Source: Chromera velia
Lineage: Eukaryota
Reading direction: 5' to 3'
Assembly (NCBI GenBank): GCA_018398765.1
Contig: JAHBMJ010000223.1
Coordinates: forward strand, 114,217 to 134,216
DNA length: 20,000 nt
Shown: piece by piece, positions 16,127 to 20,000 of the stretch
Layout of the letters: the number at the start of each line of letters is the position of its first letter
How positions within the stretch are numbered: the stretch's first letter is position 1
The notes under the pieces: model-generated
Databases searched by the model: none
What the model was told of the DNA's origin: nothing
What the model saw: only the letters and a program-made list of their open reading frames with translations
Program-made: the position numbers and the translations under genes

Positions 16127-16947
16127 GTGGTCAATCTGTTCCTGTCTTCGTATTCCTCCTGTTTATTTGACTCCATAAATGAAAGGGAGACAGTCAGAGA
16201 CAATCTGCTAGCAAGCGCATGCGACTCTCTGCCGCGAGCGAGCTGCTGAACCCGGGCGCCTATGGCTTTCCTCTAGCTCTATTCACCCTGTTTGAGCCTG
16301 CCATGCAATATATGTGATTTCCTGTCTGTACTGACTTTGGGCTGTGAATCCTTGTGTCTTTGAGTAAATGGGTGAATGAGTAGGCGTGTTGGGTTTCCGT
16401 GTCCGTCTACATGTCTGTCTTAAAGTATCCCCCCGTTGCTGTCCACGATACTCGTTTCGATGCACGGTGCCCCTGTAGACAAATTTTTCCGGTATTTATG
16501 TGCGTGGATGCCAGTCTGTGATGTGGTTTTATCTTCGTGTGCTCTGTCCGGCTTTCTCCGTTCCACATTTTTCTGTGTCCCTTAGGCTATGTGTGTATTG
16601 AAATTCGTCTCCTTTGAGTGACCGGGTGCACGTTGATTGAGTGCATGAGTGCTGAGACTCTGAGGAGAAGCGCAAGGGCGAAAGACTGGCTGACTGACTG
16701 CCTGACTGACTGACTGACCTACTGATCGACTGGCAGCGACAGACAGTCACAGTAACTAACTATTTGTCTGTCTTCTAGGTCTGTCTTACTGTCTGTAAAA
16801 AAATTCCCCTCCCCTGGAATAAAAATATGGCCTGTTTGCCTGCTTGCCCACCTGCTCACCTGCCTACCTATCTGTCTGCTTCTCCGTATGTTTGTCTGTA
16901 TGATATTGTATATAGGTGTATACGTATGTGTATGCGGCCAGGAGGCA

Positions 16948-17912
<965 letters not shown>

Positions 17913-18514
17913 TGGGCAGCTTGTGCTTTAAGGCTCTAGCAGGACTACATCCATGATGTATTTTATTGTGTCGGCCTTTCTGCCTCATGTGTTTTTGTGC
18001 GTACGTGAAAGTTTCCTCTGAAAGGCTCTGTGACATTCCCGCTCCACTCTACCGCAGGGCCTGTGTATGCTAGTGTGTATGGTTGTCTCTCGGTGTGTGT
18101 TTGCCTGCATATTCCTTTGTACGACCACCAGGCGGTGCACCGAGGTCTGCTTGCTTGAAATCATACTCAAAACTCTCTGGGTTGCTTACCTGCTGTGGGG
18201 TTACTGCCCAGGGCCACTGCCTCTTTTTGCACTACACAATTTTGAATGTTCTGCGTATCAGTTTGTGAATGAAATGAAAGCCTTAGAAACTTTGAAGGAA
18301 AGGGAACATTCCTTAGTACGTCCCTATCTGATCTTCCATTCTCTTTCTCTCCCCCCCCCTCTCTCTCTCTCTCTCTGTATGTGTATGTCTCCATCCGTGT
18401 GTGTGCGATCTATACCTGTGCGAGCTTGTCAGTCTGAGTAATGTGCGTGCTTATGTGTGCGTACGATATAGCGGTAAGAGTGTGAACTCTTTCCCTCTCT
18501 TTCTCTGTACGTAA

Positions 18515-18567
<53 letters not shown>

Positions 18568-18590
18568 TGTGTGTGTGTATGTGTGTGTGT
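18515..18590. repeat. (TG)n microsatellite
   Basis: Direct reading of the sequence. Confidence 0.93.
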
Positions 18591-18932
18591 ACGTGCGCAC
18601 GTTAGCAGACAGGTGGTAGACAAAGACTCATGATCAGGGAGAGATAGAGAGTGAGAGAGGAAAAGAGCCAGATGGATGTACGGTTCTGCATAGGAGAAAG
18701 AGATCGAGGCCGATGCTGTTGAGCCGCCATGCCTGAAGTGCCCGCCGCCATACGCGCCGCCTTATAGATTGATAAGCCATGCCGAGCTGCATGCATACAT
18801 GTGCATGCTTCTTCATGCAATTTGAATTAATTGCAATCAATAGTAGCATGCTCATAAAATGCAATGACATGAAACGGCTAAACAATGAAAGGAACGGGAA
18901 TATGCAATGCATCCCGTCCTTCAGTCTTTCCC

Positions 18933-20000
18933 TGTAAGAAGATCTTAAGAGACTCTAATGATAAGCTTCTAGTTAAGAAGATCTAGTGGCTTCTAGGGTC
19001 TTTCAGTCAGTGTGTCCGATCTGATTGCTCTTTTTTCTTTCTCTCTCTCTGGATTTTTCAAGATGGTCCGGACGAGAGCTCAGAGGAGAAAGGAAAAGGA
19101 AGAGGCCAAGAAGAAGGCCCAAGAAGAAGCTGCAGCTGCACAGTCAAGCAGCAGCGCAGTGACTCTCGATTCCAAACTCGATTCCCTTCTTGAGAAGAAA
19201 TTAGAAGAAAAGATTGACGAGATCGTAGAAAAGATTTTGGAAAAGAAGAAGTCCGGAAAGAACAAGAGACGGCAGAAGGTTTCTGTTGCTGTGCCGAGCA
19301 ACGATTCGGACTCTTCTGATGACTTGGACTCTTCCAGCGAGTCTGAGTCCTCTTATTCTTCCTCTGTCGTGTCGTCTTCCTCGTGGAAGAAGATGAAGGT
19401 GGACTGGGCGCTTCTGCCTATGTTCGACCCCAAGGAGGGGTTCGAGGATTGGGAGAGACAGTGGGGAGATTTCATGAAGGAGGAGCTCCGGAGGTCCCGT
19501 TTTGGCTCTTCCGGTCAGTGGAAAAGGGTGGTTTGGATGGGCATGTACAAGGCCGCCAAGAACGACTCGAGGTTCAAGTCCCACCTCAAGCGATTCTTCC
19601 GCGCTGGCCTCAAGCACAAGGAGGTCCTCAGGCGTGTGAAGGAAGAATACCTCTCTAACTTGCTTGTGAGGCAACTGGCAGTGGAGGAGAAGGTCAAGGA
19701 ATTCCCCTACGACACCAACCGGCGCAGCGCAGCTGGAGAGGTCCTCAAGCCCAAGATCAAGTTTGGGTTCAAGACCCTGCGTCGACGTCTGTCCAATCTG
19801 GAGGTGGAAGCGATGGGGGTGCAGAGACCCATCGAAGATACAGCGAAGCCGACCATGATCTTCCATGCCCTCGACTCTAACCAAAAGAACATCCTCATCA
19901 CCGCCATCAGAGCACAGAAGGGAGAGATGCTCCTTGACCTGAACTCACTTTCGTGGGACGATATTCGTCCTCACCTTGACTGGTTCGCTGCCATTGAGGA
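18933..20000 (+). mobile_element. 5' end of a probable LTR retrotransposon
   Basis: Gag-like ORF preceded by a 128-bp segment that starts TG (TGTAAGAA, 18933) and ends CA (19060), followed 3 nt later by TGG. The left boundary is tentative because the partner LTR is outside the window. Confidence 0.45.
19063..20000 (+). CDS. Retrotransposon Gag-like ORF (runs off the window end)
   Basis: Uninterrupted, intron-free frame from ATG 19063 to the end of the window; it is absent from the ORF track because there is no stop. Translation: MVRTRAQRRKEKEEAKKK... charged coiled-coil, Ser/Asp-rich linker, then LPMFDPKEGFEDWERQWGDFM. An MVRTR start and an LPxFDxxxxFxxWxxxF/W segment are typical of LTR-retrotransposon Gag N-termini. 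No pol domain lies in the window, so the superfamily is not determined. Confidence 0.65.
   Translation, partial: MVRTRAQRRKEKEEAKKKAQEEAAAAQSSSSAVTLDSKLDSLLEKKLEEKIDEIVEKILEKKKSGKNKRRQKVSVAVPSNDSDSSDDLDSSSESESSYSSSVVSSSSWKKMKVDWALLPMFDPKEGFEDWERQWGDFMKEELRRSRFGSSGQWKRVVWMGMYKAAKNDSRFKSHLKRFFRAGLKHKEVLRRVKEEYLSNLLVRQLAVEEKVKEFPYDTNRRSAAGEVLKPKIKFGFKTLRRRLSNLEVEAMGVQRPIEDTAKPTMIFHALDSNQKNILITAIRAQKGEMLLDLNSLSWDDIRPHLDWFAAIE

Noticed and set aside
19201..19884. 227-aa minus-strand ORF
   Set aside because: It is an antisense shadow of the longer plus-strand Gag-like frame and has no recognisable features.

Overview
Eukaryotic, intron-rich and microsatellite-rich DNA. It is most consistent with an alveolate such as a chromerid like Chromera; this is an inference from the plastid-type bipartite leader, TGCAG acceptors and TGCATGCA motifs. 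Three genes could be assembled by hand with phase-consistent GT-AG introns: (1) a 9-exon, 267-aa Fe-superoxide dismutase with a signal peptide plus transit-like leader (minus strand, 2454-7307); (2) head-to-head with it, a 2-exon multi-pass membrane protein with a long Pro/Ser-rich tail (plus strand, ~7896-9912); (3) a 4-exon, ~152-aa calmodulin/myosin-light-chain-like EF-hand protein (minus strand, 13094-15290). The window ends in a retrotransposon Gag-like ORF (19063 to beyond 20000). It also holds a possible decayed transposase fragment, two AT-rich relic islands and a ~1 kb compound (GA)n array. The most unusual signal is a set of short intronic inserts (about 55-80 bp), each flanked by long direct repeats (21-41 bp) and each carrying the same core AA(A/G)AATTCTG(C/T)ATG(A/C)AA. 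They occur in two unrelated genes 9 kb apart, and two of them duplicate real splice sites.
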